NCBI GenBank assembly: GCA_964390025.1
Contig: CAYMGS010000001.1
Location: 5,546-39,805, forward strand
Reading direction: 5' to 3'
Length of the DNA: 34,260 nt
DNA from: an uncultured Rickettsiales bacterium
GTDB taxonomy: Bacteria > Pseudomonadota > Alphaproteobacteria > Rickettsiales > UBA998
How positions within the stretch are numbered: position 1 is the first letter of the stretch; every line of letters starts with the position of its first letter. The notes beneath the pieces were generated by a model. The model made no database searches. It was not told the origin of the DNA and saw only the letters and a list, made by a program, of their open reading frames with translations. The translations under genes and the position numbers were made by a program. Of the stretch, positions 27,044 through 34,260 are shown in pieces.

Positions 27044-28411
27044 ATGCGGATGATAAGAAAAACAGGCCTGATACTCTGTCTTGCGGTAGTATTATTCTTA
27101 CCCAAGGGCGTGGGGGATGCTTCTGCGCAAAACGCCGTCGATTATGCTGCATTTGCCGTTGGTTTTTCATGTGCCGGGCCTGTTGCACTCGGACAGCTCT
27201 TTGATAACGGCATGGGCCGCTGTGACCCGCAGGGCACCGCCAACCTGTTCAGCAATGCCGTCTGCACCTATGAAAACATCGTTGATCAGGTGTTAGGTAA
27301 ACTCTATTGCGGGATGCAGTGGTCGCTACTGGAGCCTCTGGGCGCATTGATGGTCATGTTCGTCACACTGATTGGTGCCGGGTTCGCTGTTGGCATCCTG
27401 CCCTTTACGGCCCGTGAAACCGTACTGGCCCTCTTTAAATTCGGACTGGTGTATTATTTCGCTACGGAATCCCAGCTGACCATCGAGCTGATCTACGAAG
27501 GACTGATGGGCTTTATTCAGGACACCGTTCTCATGGTGATGGCACATGTAGCACCTACTGTGGGCAGTCTGAGCGGCCCTGGCGGCCTGTTTGACCGCAT
27601 GGATGAAATTCTTGCTGAATTCGCCAATAACGCCGCCGTCAGTCAGGACCCGGACAATCCCTGTGAAGCCGGCCTGATCGCGATGTTCATGACCTTTGTC
27701 GGTACCGTACCCATGCTGGCATTCTTCGGTGTCGGCATGGCCATTCAGTTTGTGCTGGTCTTCTTCCAGATGATCCTTGGCTACTTCATTGCGATCACCG
27801 GCATTATGTTCCTGACAGCGCTGGCCCCGATCTTTTTGAGCTTTGCCCTCTTCAAATTCACCCGCAATTATTTTGACCAGTGGGTTGGATACCTCCTGTC
27901 TTTTGCGGTGCAGGTGTTTGTGGTAGCGGCCTTTATCGGTGTAATTATCTCACTGGAGCTGGATGAAGATCTACAGGAGCTGTTCGAGCTGGCCCGGCCC
28001 TATACCGTGGTGCAGCAGGTGGAAGGCGTTCGCGTCCCTTATCGTGAATGGTGCAGCATTTGTGAGCCAACCGAATTTGGAGCCTTTGGCATTACCTGTA
28101 AGAGCGAAGACCCGCTGCACCCGCACAGTCTGCTGACCAACCCCGATACCGTACGTATTTTCGGCACACGCTTACTGAAGATTCTTATTCTGGCCTATAT
28201 TCTCCATAAGGCCATGATTGCTGTTCCCGGTGTGGCCCGTGCCATCGGCGCAGCTCGTCATGCGCCCGCCATTGCCGGTGTAGATGTGTTCATTCCGTCA
28301 CGCTCCATCCGTTATCCCGGTATGGAGGGGCTGGGTCGCGGCGCACAAAGCATGACCCGCACCGATGGCATACGCCAGGCCTTTAATCCTTTAGTAACAG
28401 GCAGAAATTAG
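27044..28411 (+). CDS. virB6: T4SS inner-membrane channel protein VirB6 (TrbL/VirB6 family), extended form
   Basis: 455-aa ORF with a signal-like N-terminus (LILCLAVVLFLPKGVGDASA) and at least 5 hydrophobic helices, including the Trp-containing central region. It occupies the position between virB4 and virB8. Confidence 0.8.
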   Translation: MRMIRKTGLILCLAVVLFLPKGVGDASAQNAVDYAAFAVGFSCAGPVALGQLFDNGMGRCDPQGTANLFSNAVCTYENIVDQVLGKLYCGMQWSLLEPLGALMVMFVTLIGAGFAVGILPFTARETVLALFKFGLVYYFATESQLTIELIYEGLMGFIQDTVLMVMAHVAPTVGSLSGPGGLFDRMDEILAEFANNAAVSQDPDNPCEAGLIAMFMTFVGTVPMLAFFGVGMAIQFVLVFFQMILGYFIAITGIMFLTALAPIFLSFALFKFTRNYFDQWVGYLLSFAVQVFVVAAFIGVIISLELDEDLQELFELARPYTVVQQVEGVRVPYREWCSICEPTEFGAFGITCKSEDPLHPHSLLTNPDTVRIFGTRLLKILILAYILHKAMIAVPGVARAIGAARHAPAIAGVDVFIPSRSIRYPGMEGLGRGAQSMTRTDGIRQAFNPLVTGRN

Positions 28412-28498
28412 ACTGCAACTTTCTGCTTCACAAGCCCCTTGTAGCAGGAAAGCATCATGCGGCGAATGAATCACATTGAATTAGATATTCTAACTCTA

Positions 28499-28534
28499 TA
28501 TGTTGTAGAGTATTGTCAATTGCTATACAACATA
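28499..28534. promoter_or_regulatory. Perfect 9-bp inverted repeat TATGTTGTA-N18-TACAACATA in the virB6-virB8 spacer (candidate operator)
   Basis: Read directly: the arms are at 28499..28507 and 28526..28534. It lies 34 nt upstream of the virB8 ATG, in the only sizeable A+T-rich gap inside the T4SS locus. Confidence 0.35.
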
Positions 28535-28567
28535 ACCAGATATCAGACACTTTAAACAGAAGAGATT

Positions 28568-29260
28568 ATGGCCAAAGACAAGGAGGAGCCCCAGCAGGAA
28601 GATGCTGGCAAAACCAAAAGCTGGTATAACGACAAATACCAGTCCGTGCTGGTTCAGCGTAACATCTTTGCCGTCATTACGCTGGTAAGCCTGCTTACCT
28701 CCCTGATTGCTGTTTTTGCTGTACAGAGCCTGGCTCCGCTTAAATCCGTTGAACCTTTTGTTATTCAAATTGACGACAAATCAGGCATTACCGAGGTTGT
28801 GGAGCCGATCACCCGGGAAGAACTGACCTCTAAAGAAGCACTGGACAACTACTTTGTCTGGCAATATGTCCGCTCCCGCGAGACCTATGATACGTCGGAT
28901 AATTTACGCAATCGCGATATTGTTCGGGTGATGAGTCATCCTGAGGTATATTCCACGTATCGCCGGGAAATTTCACCGCAAACGCCCGGCAGCCCCTATA
29001 ATCGACTGGGTAAAATTGGTCAGCGCATCTGTAGCGACCCTGTGGTAACATACCTCAATGAAGATGGGCGGAAAGTGGCGCAGGTGCATTTCGTGATTAC
29101 CGAGCGCATTCGGAACGAGGCGCCGTTTGAGTATAACAAAATTGCAACGCTTGAATATGATTATGTCACACTGGAATTGGCCCGGAAGGAAAGGTTTATT
29201 AACCCGCTGGGCTTTAGGGTGTTAAACTATCGAATCGATGATGCAACGGTAAGACGATGA
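28568..29260 (+). CDS. virB8: T4SS protein VirB8
   Basis: 230-aa bitopic ORF with a short cytoplasmic N-terminus, a TM (IFAVITLVSLLTSLIAVFAV) and a periplasmic domain containing the family block ALDNYFVWQYVRSRETYD. Confidence 0.9.
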   Translation: MAKDKEEPQQEDAGKTKSWYNDKYQSVLVQRNIFAVITLVSLLTSLIAVFAVQSLAPLKSVEPFVIQIDDKSGITEVVEPITREELTSKEALDNYFVWQYVRSRETYDTSDNLRNRDIVRVMSHPEVYSTYRREISPQTPGSPYNRLGKIGQRICSDPVVTYLNEDGRKVAQVHFVITERIRNEAPFEYNKIATLEYDYVTLELARKERFINPLGFRVLNYRIDDATVRR

Positions 29261-29997
29261 AAACATTATTCCTAAGCGTTTTGTTTTTCTGTGTAATGGG
29301 CCTGACGGCGGGTGCATATGCTACAGAGCCCGTGGTAACGGATAGCCGCATCAAAACGTTTGTCTATAATGAATATGACGTCTACAGCATCTATACCCAT
29401 TACGGTTATCAGACCAATATTGAATTTGGTGAAGATGAAGAGATTGTGACCGTCTCTGTGGGTGACCGCATTGCATGGCAGATTGTCCCGGTAGGCCGTC
29501 GCCTGTTCATTCGGCCTATGGAAGAGAATGCTCACACCAATATGACCGTCATTACTTCTGAGCACACCTATCAATTCGATCTGCGTTCATCGGGAACGGG
29601 GAAATTGCGTCCTGCTGAAGAGCTGGCTTACGTGATTCGCTTCTATTATCCGGAAAAAGATGAGCGGCTAAGCATCGCCCCCCCCGCGCAGGCAGCACAG
29701 ATGATTGAAGCAACCATGCCGGTCACCGCATCCTATAATTATCAATATACCTATACCGGGCCGGATGCGCTGGCTCCCACCAAGATTTTTGACAATGGCA
29801 CGGAAACCTATTTTCAGGTTCAGCCACAAAATGGCGTGGTTCCGCGTGTGTTCGTGGTAGGTCCTGACGGTAAGGAGTATCCTGTCAGTGCACGTCGCAC
29901 TGATGACGGGTTTGCCGTTGTGCGAACAGTGGCGCCGCGTTTTGTAGTGCGCTATAGCGCGTCGGAATATGTGTGTATTTATAATGAGGCCATCTAA
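29257..29997 (+). CDS. virB9: T4SS outer-membrane core protein VirB9 (CagX/TrbG family)
   Basis: 246-aa ORF whose ATG overlaps the virB8 stop (ATGA). It has a signal peptide (VMGLTAGAYA) and VirB9-like blocks YSIYTHYGYQTNIEF, WQIVPVGRRLFIRP and TNMTVITSEHTYQFDL. Confidence 0.88.
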   Translation: MKTLFLSVLFFCVMGLTAGAYATEPVVTDSRIKTFVYNEYDVYSIYTHYGYQTNIEFGEDEEIVTVSVGDRIAWQIVPVGRRLFIRPMEENAHTNMTVITSEHTYQFDLRSSGTGKLRPAEELAYVIRFYYPEKDERLSIAPPAQAAQMIEATMPVTASYNYQYTYTGPDALAPTKIFDNGTETYFQVQPQNGVVPRVFVVGPDGKEYPVSARRTDDGFAVVRTVAPRFVVRYSASEYVCIYNEAI

Positions 29998-30011
29998 GGT
30001 AGTGCGGCTGT

Positions 30012-31226
30012 ATGGTGAACGATCCAAATAATCCTGGCACCGGAACTCCTCCTCCCCCTCCACAGGGAGGTGATATACCCGGATACGATCAGCCCGACGA
30101 TGGCGGTGGGCTGGAAACGGGAGCGCCTGCTGTAGCCGCAGCGCCGGGCAAATTTTTTCTGATTCTGTTTCTTGGCGTAGCCTTTCTGTTCTTCGTGGTC
30201 TATTTCGTAATTTTTGCGGGTGAAGACGACAAACGAATAGTGCAGGACACCAAGCCGCAACGTGTAGCCAAGGCGGATTTTGAAGCGCCACCTGCTCCTC
30301 CGCCGCCTGCTCCTACACCTCCCCAGCGCCCGATTGTACCGGACGTTCCTGATGCGCCTCCCTTGCCCCAGGTTCCCGTGGTGAGTGAGAGAGAGCCAAC
30401 CAATGAGCAATATCTGGAACGCCTGCGCTCGGAAATGATGGTATTTAATTCTACCGATAGCCTGCTTGCCGGGTTTGAAGACCAGCAGGCGGCAGAAGAT
30501 GACTTTGCAGCGCATGATCCTAACCTTGCGTTTGCCCGTAAGGCCATGCGCGCCTCCAGCAGCCAGAAAGCCAAAGCCGGACATATCGGCGATATGTACT
30601 CGACCATTGCACAGGGCAAATTAATCCATGGTGTGCTGGAAACGGCTGTTAACACGCAACTCCCCGGTGTCATCCGCGCTATTACCAGCCGCGATATCTA
30701 CGCCGAGGCCGGGCGCGCACGGCTTGTTCCCAAAGGCTCCCGTCTTATCGGCGTTTATAATACGGATATTTTCCGTGGACAGGAGCGCGTCTTTATTGTG
30801 TGGACACGTATTATTCGCCCGGATGGAGTTGATATCATGGTGGGTTCTCCCGGCGTAGACAAACTGGGCCGGGCCGGACTTGAAGGATTTGTGGACGGAC
30901 GATTCCGCGAACTGTTCTCCACTGCTATCCTGACGAGCATTATCTCTATTGGAGTGGCAACTGCTGCAGAAAGTCTGGTGGATGACGGACAGGTTACAAC
31001 CACACGTGATATTGACGGCAGTACGTCCAGCAGCGGCTCTGCTTCCGCCCAGGCAACGGCACAATCGGTGGCGAATATTGGCGGAGTGGCACGGCGTGTG
31101 ATTGACAATATCATTGATACACGGCCGGTGATTACCATTGATCAGGGCACCAAGATTAACGTTATGGTCAATCGTGACCTGATCTTCCCGACCACCGTCT
31201 TGCAACAAACAACGTTTATCGAATGA
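30012..31226 (+). CDS. virB10: T4SS core/energy-sensor protein VirB10 (TrbI family)
   Basis: 404-aa ORF with a cytoplasmic N-tail, one TM (FFLILFLGVAFLFFVVYFVIFA), a proline-rich linker (PPAPPPPAPTPPQRPIVPDVPDAPPLPQVP) and a C-terminal barrel domain (VNTQLPGVIRAITSRDIY...INVMVNRDLIF). Confidence 0.92.
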   Translation: MVNDPNNPGTGTPPPPPQGGDIPGYDQPDDGGGLETGAPAVAAAPGKFFLILFLGVAFLFFVVYFVIFAGEDDKRIVQDTKPQRVAKADFEAPPAPPPPAPTPPQRPIVPDVPDAPPLPQVPVVSEREPTNEQYLERLRSEMMVFNSTDSLLAGFEDQQAAEDDFAAHDPNLAFARKAMRASSSQKAKAGHIGDMYSTIAQGKLIHGVLETAVNTQLPGVIRAITSRDIYAEAGRARLVPKGSRLIGVYNTDIFRGQERVFIVWTRIIRPDGVDIMVGSPGVDKLGRAGLEGFVDGRFRELFSTAILTSIISIGVATAAESLVDDGQVTTTRDIDGSTSSSGSASAQATAQSVANIGGVARRVIDNIIDTRPVITIDQGTKINVMVNRDLIFPTTVLQQTTFIE

Positions 31227-32215
31227 GTATTACCGCTCTTGAGACGTATCTTCGCCCTCTCAAGGATTTGTTTGATCAGGAGGGCATCGCGGAGATTTCT
31301 GTTAATCGCCCCGGTGAAGTATGGGTAGAGCAATATGGTGATATGCACCGCAGGGAAATGCCGGAATTCGACATTCAGCACCTGATGTCGATGGCGCGGC
31401 TGGTGGCACAGTCTACGGAACAGAAAATCAGCGAAGAGAATCCGCTTCTCTCAGCCACCTTGCCGGATGGTTATCGTATTCAGGTCGTATTCCCGCCTGC
31501 CTGTGAAGCAGGGAATGTCATCATGTCCATTCGTAAACAGACAGTGCTTAATCTGAACCTTGAGCAATATGAAGCCATTGGCGCCTTCCAAAGCACCGCC
31601 GTACGCCAGATGGAAAATGAAGATGATAAAAAATTACGCGCCTTGCTTGATGGCGGTGCGATCCGTGAATTTCTGACTGAGGCCGTACGTTTTCGCAAAA
31701 ACATTATTATCAGTGGTGGTACCTCCACCGGTAAAACAACGTTTATGAACGCGGTGTTGAAAAAAATTCCGCCGGAAGAGCGGATTATTACCGCGGAAGA
31801 TGCCCGCGAGGTGAATCTGGAGCATTTGCCCAACCGTGCCCACCTGCTTGCGTCACGGGGCGGACAAGGGCGCGCACAGGTGACGATGCAGGATCTGATT
31901 GAGGCCTGTCTGCGTTTGCGCCCCGATCGCATTATCGTAGGGGAGCTACGTGGTAAAGAAGCATTCAGTTATCTGCGTGCCATTAATACGGGCCACCCGG
32001 GTTCTATCTCGACTTTGCATGCCGATTCACCTAAACTGGCATATGAACAGTTGATTCTGATGATTATGCAGGCCGGTCTCGGCATTACGCGGGATCAGAT
32101 CAAGGAATATGTCGATAGCATCATCAACGTGGTGGTGCAGCTCAAACGCGGCGCGAAGGGCAAACGTTATGTGTCGGAGATTTATTTCAAGGACGATATA
32201 AGTGGCAGCCTCTAA
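31223..32215 (+). CDS. virB11: T4SS ATPase VirB11
   Basis: 330-aa ORF whose ATG overlaps the virB10 stop (ATGA). Walker A GGTSTGKTTFMNAV, RPDRIIVGELRGKE, His box TGHPGSISTLHA. Confidence 0.95.
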   Translation: MSITALETYLRPLKDLFDQEGIAEISVNRPGEVWVEQYGDMHRREMPEFDIQHLMSMARLVAQSTEQKISEENPLLSATLPDGYRIQVVFPPACEAGNVIMSIRKQTVLNLNLEQYEAIGAFQSTAVRQMENEDDKKLRALLDGGAIREFLTEAVRFRKNIIISGGTSTGKTTFMNAVLKKIPPEERIITAEDAREVNLEHLPNRAHLLASRGGQGRAQVTMQDLIEACLRLRPDRIIVGELRGKEAFSYLRAINTGHPGSISTLHADSPKLAYEQLILMIMQAGLGITRDQIKEYVDSIINVVVQLKRGAKGKRYVSEIYFKDDISGSL

Positions 32216-34260
32216 AAAAGACAGTGCAGAACTTGGTAATTTCCTGCTGTTAGTGCTGGTGATCGTACTGCTTGTGGTGATTCCTTCGGCCGGAGGTTTC
32301 TTCACCGCTACGTGGATGGGCTACAACCATATTCTGGAAATGTCACAAAAGCCTCCTGTCCAGCCGGGACAGTTGCTTGCCGGCATGAAAGCTCAGTTTG
32401 ATTATCTCTGGCAGATTTTCCAGTATATTCAGTCTACCAAAGACTATTACGAGACGTCCTACCCGGATTATGCCGATCAATATTTTGGCAGTTCATTTGC
32501 CATGAAGTTTTACGGCCCACTGGTTGGTGGCCCACTACTTAGCGCACTGTTGTTATTCTTTATGCGTGCTCCTTTAATGGACTTTCGTCCTTTTAAGGGT
32601 CAGGAAAGCATTCACGGGGATGCCAAATGGGCTGATGAAGCTGAGATTCGCCGGGCTAAGCTGCGTGCTAAGAAAGGCATTCTTCTCGGACGGACCGGCT
32701 CCAATTATTTAATTGCCGATGACTTTCAGCATATCCTCTTATTTGCACCAACCGGTTCCGGTAAAGGTGTCGGTTTCGTGATTCCTAACCTCCTTTACTG
32801 GGAAGAATCCGTCGTCTGTCACGATATCAAACTGGAGAACTACGAACTCACCAGCGGCTACCGGACAGAAAAGCTCAATCAGAAATGCTATGTCTGGAAC
32901 CCGGCGGACCCTAACGGTATATCGCACTGCTATAACCCACTGGACTGGATTTCTGAAAAACCCGGGCAGATGGTCGATGATGTGCAGAAGATCTGCAACC
33001 TGATTCTCCCGGAGCAGGAATTCTGGCAAAACGAAGCGCGTTCGCTGCTGCTGGGTGTGATCCTGTACCTGCTGGCCGTACCGGAGAAAATCAATTCCTT
33101 CGGTGAAGTGGTACGTACCATGCGCTCCGATGATGTGGTCTATAACCTTGCGGTCGTACTGGACACGATCGGCGGGCGCATTCACCCGGTGGCCTATATG
33201 AATATCGCCGCGTTCCTGCAAAAAGCGGATAAAGAACGCTCCGGTGTGATTTCTACCATGAACTCCGGGCTGGAGCTCTGGGCTAACCCGCTGATCGATA
33301 CGGCAACGGCCACCAGTGACTTTGACTTACAGCAACTCAAGAAACAAAAAGTCACTGTATATGTGGGGGTGACACCTGACAACCTGCAACGTCTGGAGCC
33401 ACTGCTCAAGGTATTCTATCAGCAGGCTACTGACTTCCTGACCCGACATATGCCACGCAAGGATGAGCCATATGGCGTGATGTTCCTGCTCGATGAGTTT
33501 CCTTCACTGGGGGAAATGCCACAATTCCAGATCGGCATCGCCTATTTCCGTGGGTATCGCGTGAAGCTATTCCTGATTGTTCAGGATACGCAACAGCTTA
33601 AAGGCATCTACGAGGAAGCAGGTATGAACTCCTTCCTCTCCAACTCCTACTACCGCATTACCTTCTCGGCGAACAATATTGAGACGGCTAACATGATTTC
33701 CCAGCTGGTGGGAAATAAAACGGTAGAGCAATCGTCACACAACAAGCCGCGCTTTATGGATCTCAATCCTGCATCTCGTACGATGCATGTTTCAGAAACG
33801 CAGCGCGCCCTGCTGCTACCGCAGGAAGTGATCCAGCTACCGCGCGATGAGCAGATTATCCTGGTGGAATCCTTCCCGCCGATTAAATGTAAGAAAATTT
33901 TCTACTTCAAAGATAAGTTCTTTACCAAGCGACTGCTGCCTCAGATCGAGATTCCCACACAGGAACCCTACGATCCCCGCAAGAAAAAGGCTGAGCCGGA
34001 ACCGCCTCCTGCTGAACCGGAGTCCAAGCCTGAGAGCGTTGCACCGCCACCTCCGCCCGCTGATAACCCTCCCGCCTCCGCTCCGGCCGATGCACCTAAA
34101 CCTCCTGCTCCTCCGGCGCCTCCTGCTGAGGAAGCTGCTTCGGCAGCGCCTCCTCCGCCACCTCCTGCAGAAAGCAATAATCAACCTGCCGTGCCGGAGC
34201 CAAAACCGACGGCGGCGGCACCACCCCCTCCACCACCGGCACCGCCTAAAGAAGGCGGCG
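32202..34260 (+). CDS. virD4: T4SS coupling protein VirD4 (TraG/VirD4 family), 3' end beyond the right edge
   Basis: Not in the ORF track because there is no stop in the window. The frame is open from GTG 32202 (AAGGA 8 nt upstream, 14-nt overlap with virB11) to the window end. Two N-terminal TMs (LGNFLLLVLVIVLLVVIP; LVGGPLLSALLLFFM), Walker A FAPTGSGKGVGFVIPN, Walker B FLLDEFPSLG, then a Pro/Ala-rich tail. Confidence 0.92.
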   Translation, partial: MAASKKDSAELGNFLLLVLVIVLLVVIPSAGGFFTATWMGYNHILEMSQKPPVQPGQLLAGMKAQFDYLWQIFQYIQSTKDYYETSYPDYADQYFGSSFAMKFYGPLVGGPLLSALLLFFMRAPLMDFRPFKGQESIHGDAKWADEAEIRRAKLRAKKGILLGRTGSNYLIADDFQHILLFAPTGSGKGVGFVIPNLLYWEESVVCHDIKLENYELTSGYRTEKLNQKCYVWNPADPNGISHCYNPLDWISEKPGQMVDDVQKICNLILPEQEFWQNEARSLLLGVILYLLAVPEKINSFGEVVRTMRSDDVVYNLAVVLDTIGGRIHPVAYMNIAAFLQKADKERSGVISTMNSGLELWANPLIDTATATSDFDLQQLKKQKVTVYVGVTPDNLQRLEPLLKVFYQQATDFLTRHMPRKDEPYGVMFLLDEFPSLGEMPQFQIGIAYFRGYRVKLFLIVQDTQQLKGIYEEAGMNSFLSNSYYRITFSANNIETANMISQLVGNKTVEQSSHNKPRFMDLNPASRTMHVSETQRALLLPQEVIQLPRDEQIILVESFPPIKCKKIFYFKDKFFTKRLLPQIEIPTQEPYDPRKKKAEPEPPPAEPESKPESVAPPPPPADNPPASAPADAPKPPAPPAPPAEEAASAAPPPPPPAESNNQPAVPEPKPTAAAPPPPPPAPPKEGG

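Noticed and set aside
28457-28555. 32-codon ORF (MRRMNHIELDILTLYVVEYCQLLYNITRYQTL) in the virB6-virB8 spacer, considered as a possible VirB7
   Set aside because: It has no signal peptide or lipobox cysteine context. It sits in A+T-rich DNA that is more likely regulatory.
29668-31208. Several 150-207-aa minus-strand ORFs opposite virB9/virB10 (29668..30291, 29994..30584, 30200..30673, 30621..31208)
   Set aside because: All are shadow frames of well-supported T4SS genes. Their Arg/Gly richness mirrors the Pro-rich sense codons.
33837-34184. Arg-rich 115-aa and Gly-rich 69-aa minus-strand ORFs at the right edge
   Set aside because: They are the reverse-complement reading of the CCN-rich proline tail of virD4, so they are a compositional artefact.
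1-34260. Scan for tRNA/rRNA genes, CRISPR arrays, IS elements, integrases and long direct repeats
   Set aside because: By eye I found none of the following: T-loop/acceptor-type tRNA signatures; regularly spaced repeats; transposase- or integrase-like ORFs; long repeats. The intergenic space is too small to hide them, but a computational scan (tRNAscan-SE, Infernal, ISfinder) would be needed to be definitive.

Overview
This looks like a chromosomal segment from an alphaproteobacterium, judged from gene order and protein signatures (hisH-DUF2628-hisB, hslVU, TPR protein-bamB-der). No organism can be named from sequence alone. From left to right it contains: (1) the his genes; (2) two tandem small Cys-motif lipoproteins; (3) hslV-hslU; (4) an A+T-rich islet with two overlapping mini-ORFs; (5) a YaeR-like VOC gene; (6) a long minus-strand block, cpaB-cpaC-cpaD-cpaE-cpaF-tadB-tadC followed directly by uvrB, which is Tad/Cpa pilus machinery with no pilin gene; (7) guaA; (8) TPR protein-bamB-der; (9) an isolated A24 prepilin peptidase; (10) an alpha/beta hydrolase, an acyltransferase, scoA/scoB and ridA; (11) a compact VirB/VirD4 type IV secretion locus (virB2, B4, B6, B8, B9, B10, B11, virD4), with virD4 running off the right edge. 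I saw no rRNA, tRNA, CRISPR array, transposase or integrase. The observations most worth follow-up are: the pared-down T4SS, which lacks VirB1/B3/B5/B7 here and whose VirD4 has a long proline-rich tail; the pilin-less Tad locus, whose CpaE/TadZ has a degenerate P-loop; the paired C-x5-C (YG) lipoproteins; and a possible -1 frameshift site joining the two mini-ORFs after hslU. All family assignments come from motifs read by eye and remembered family knowledge. No database search was run.
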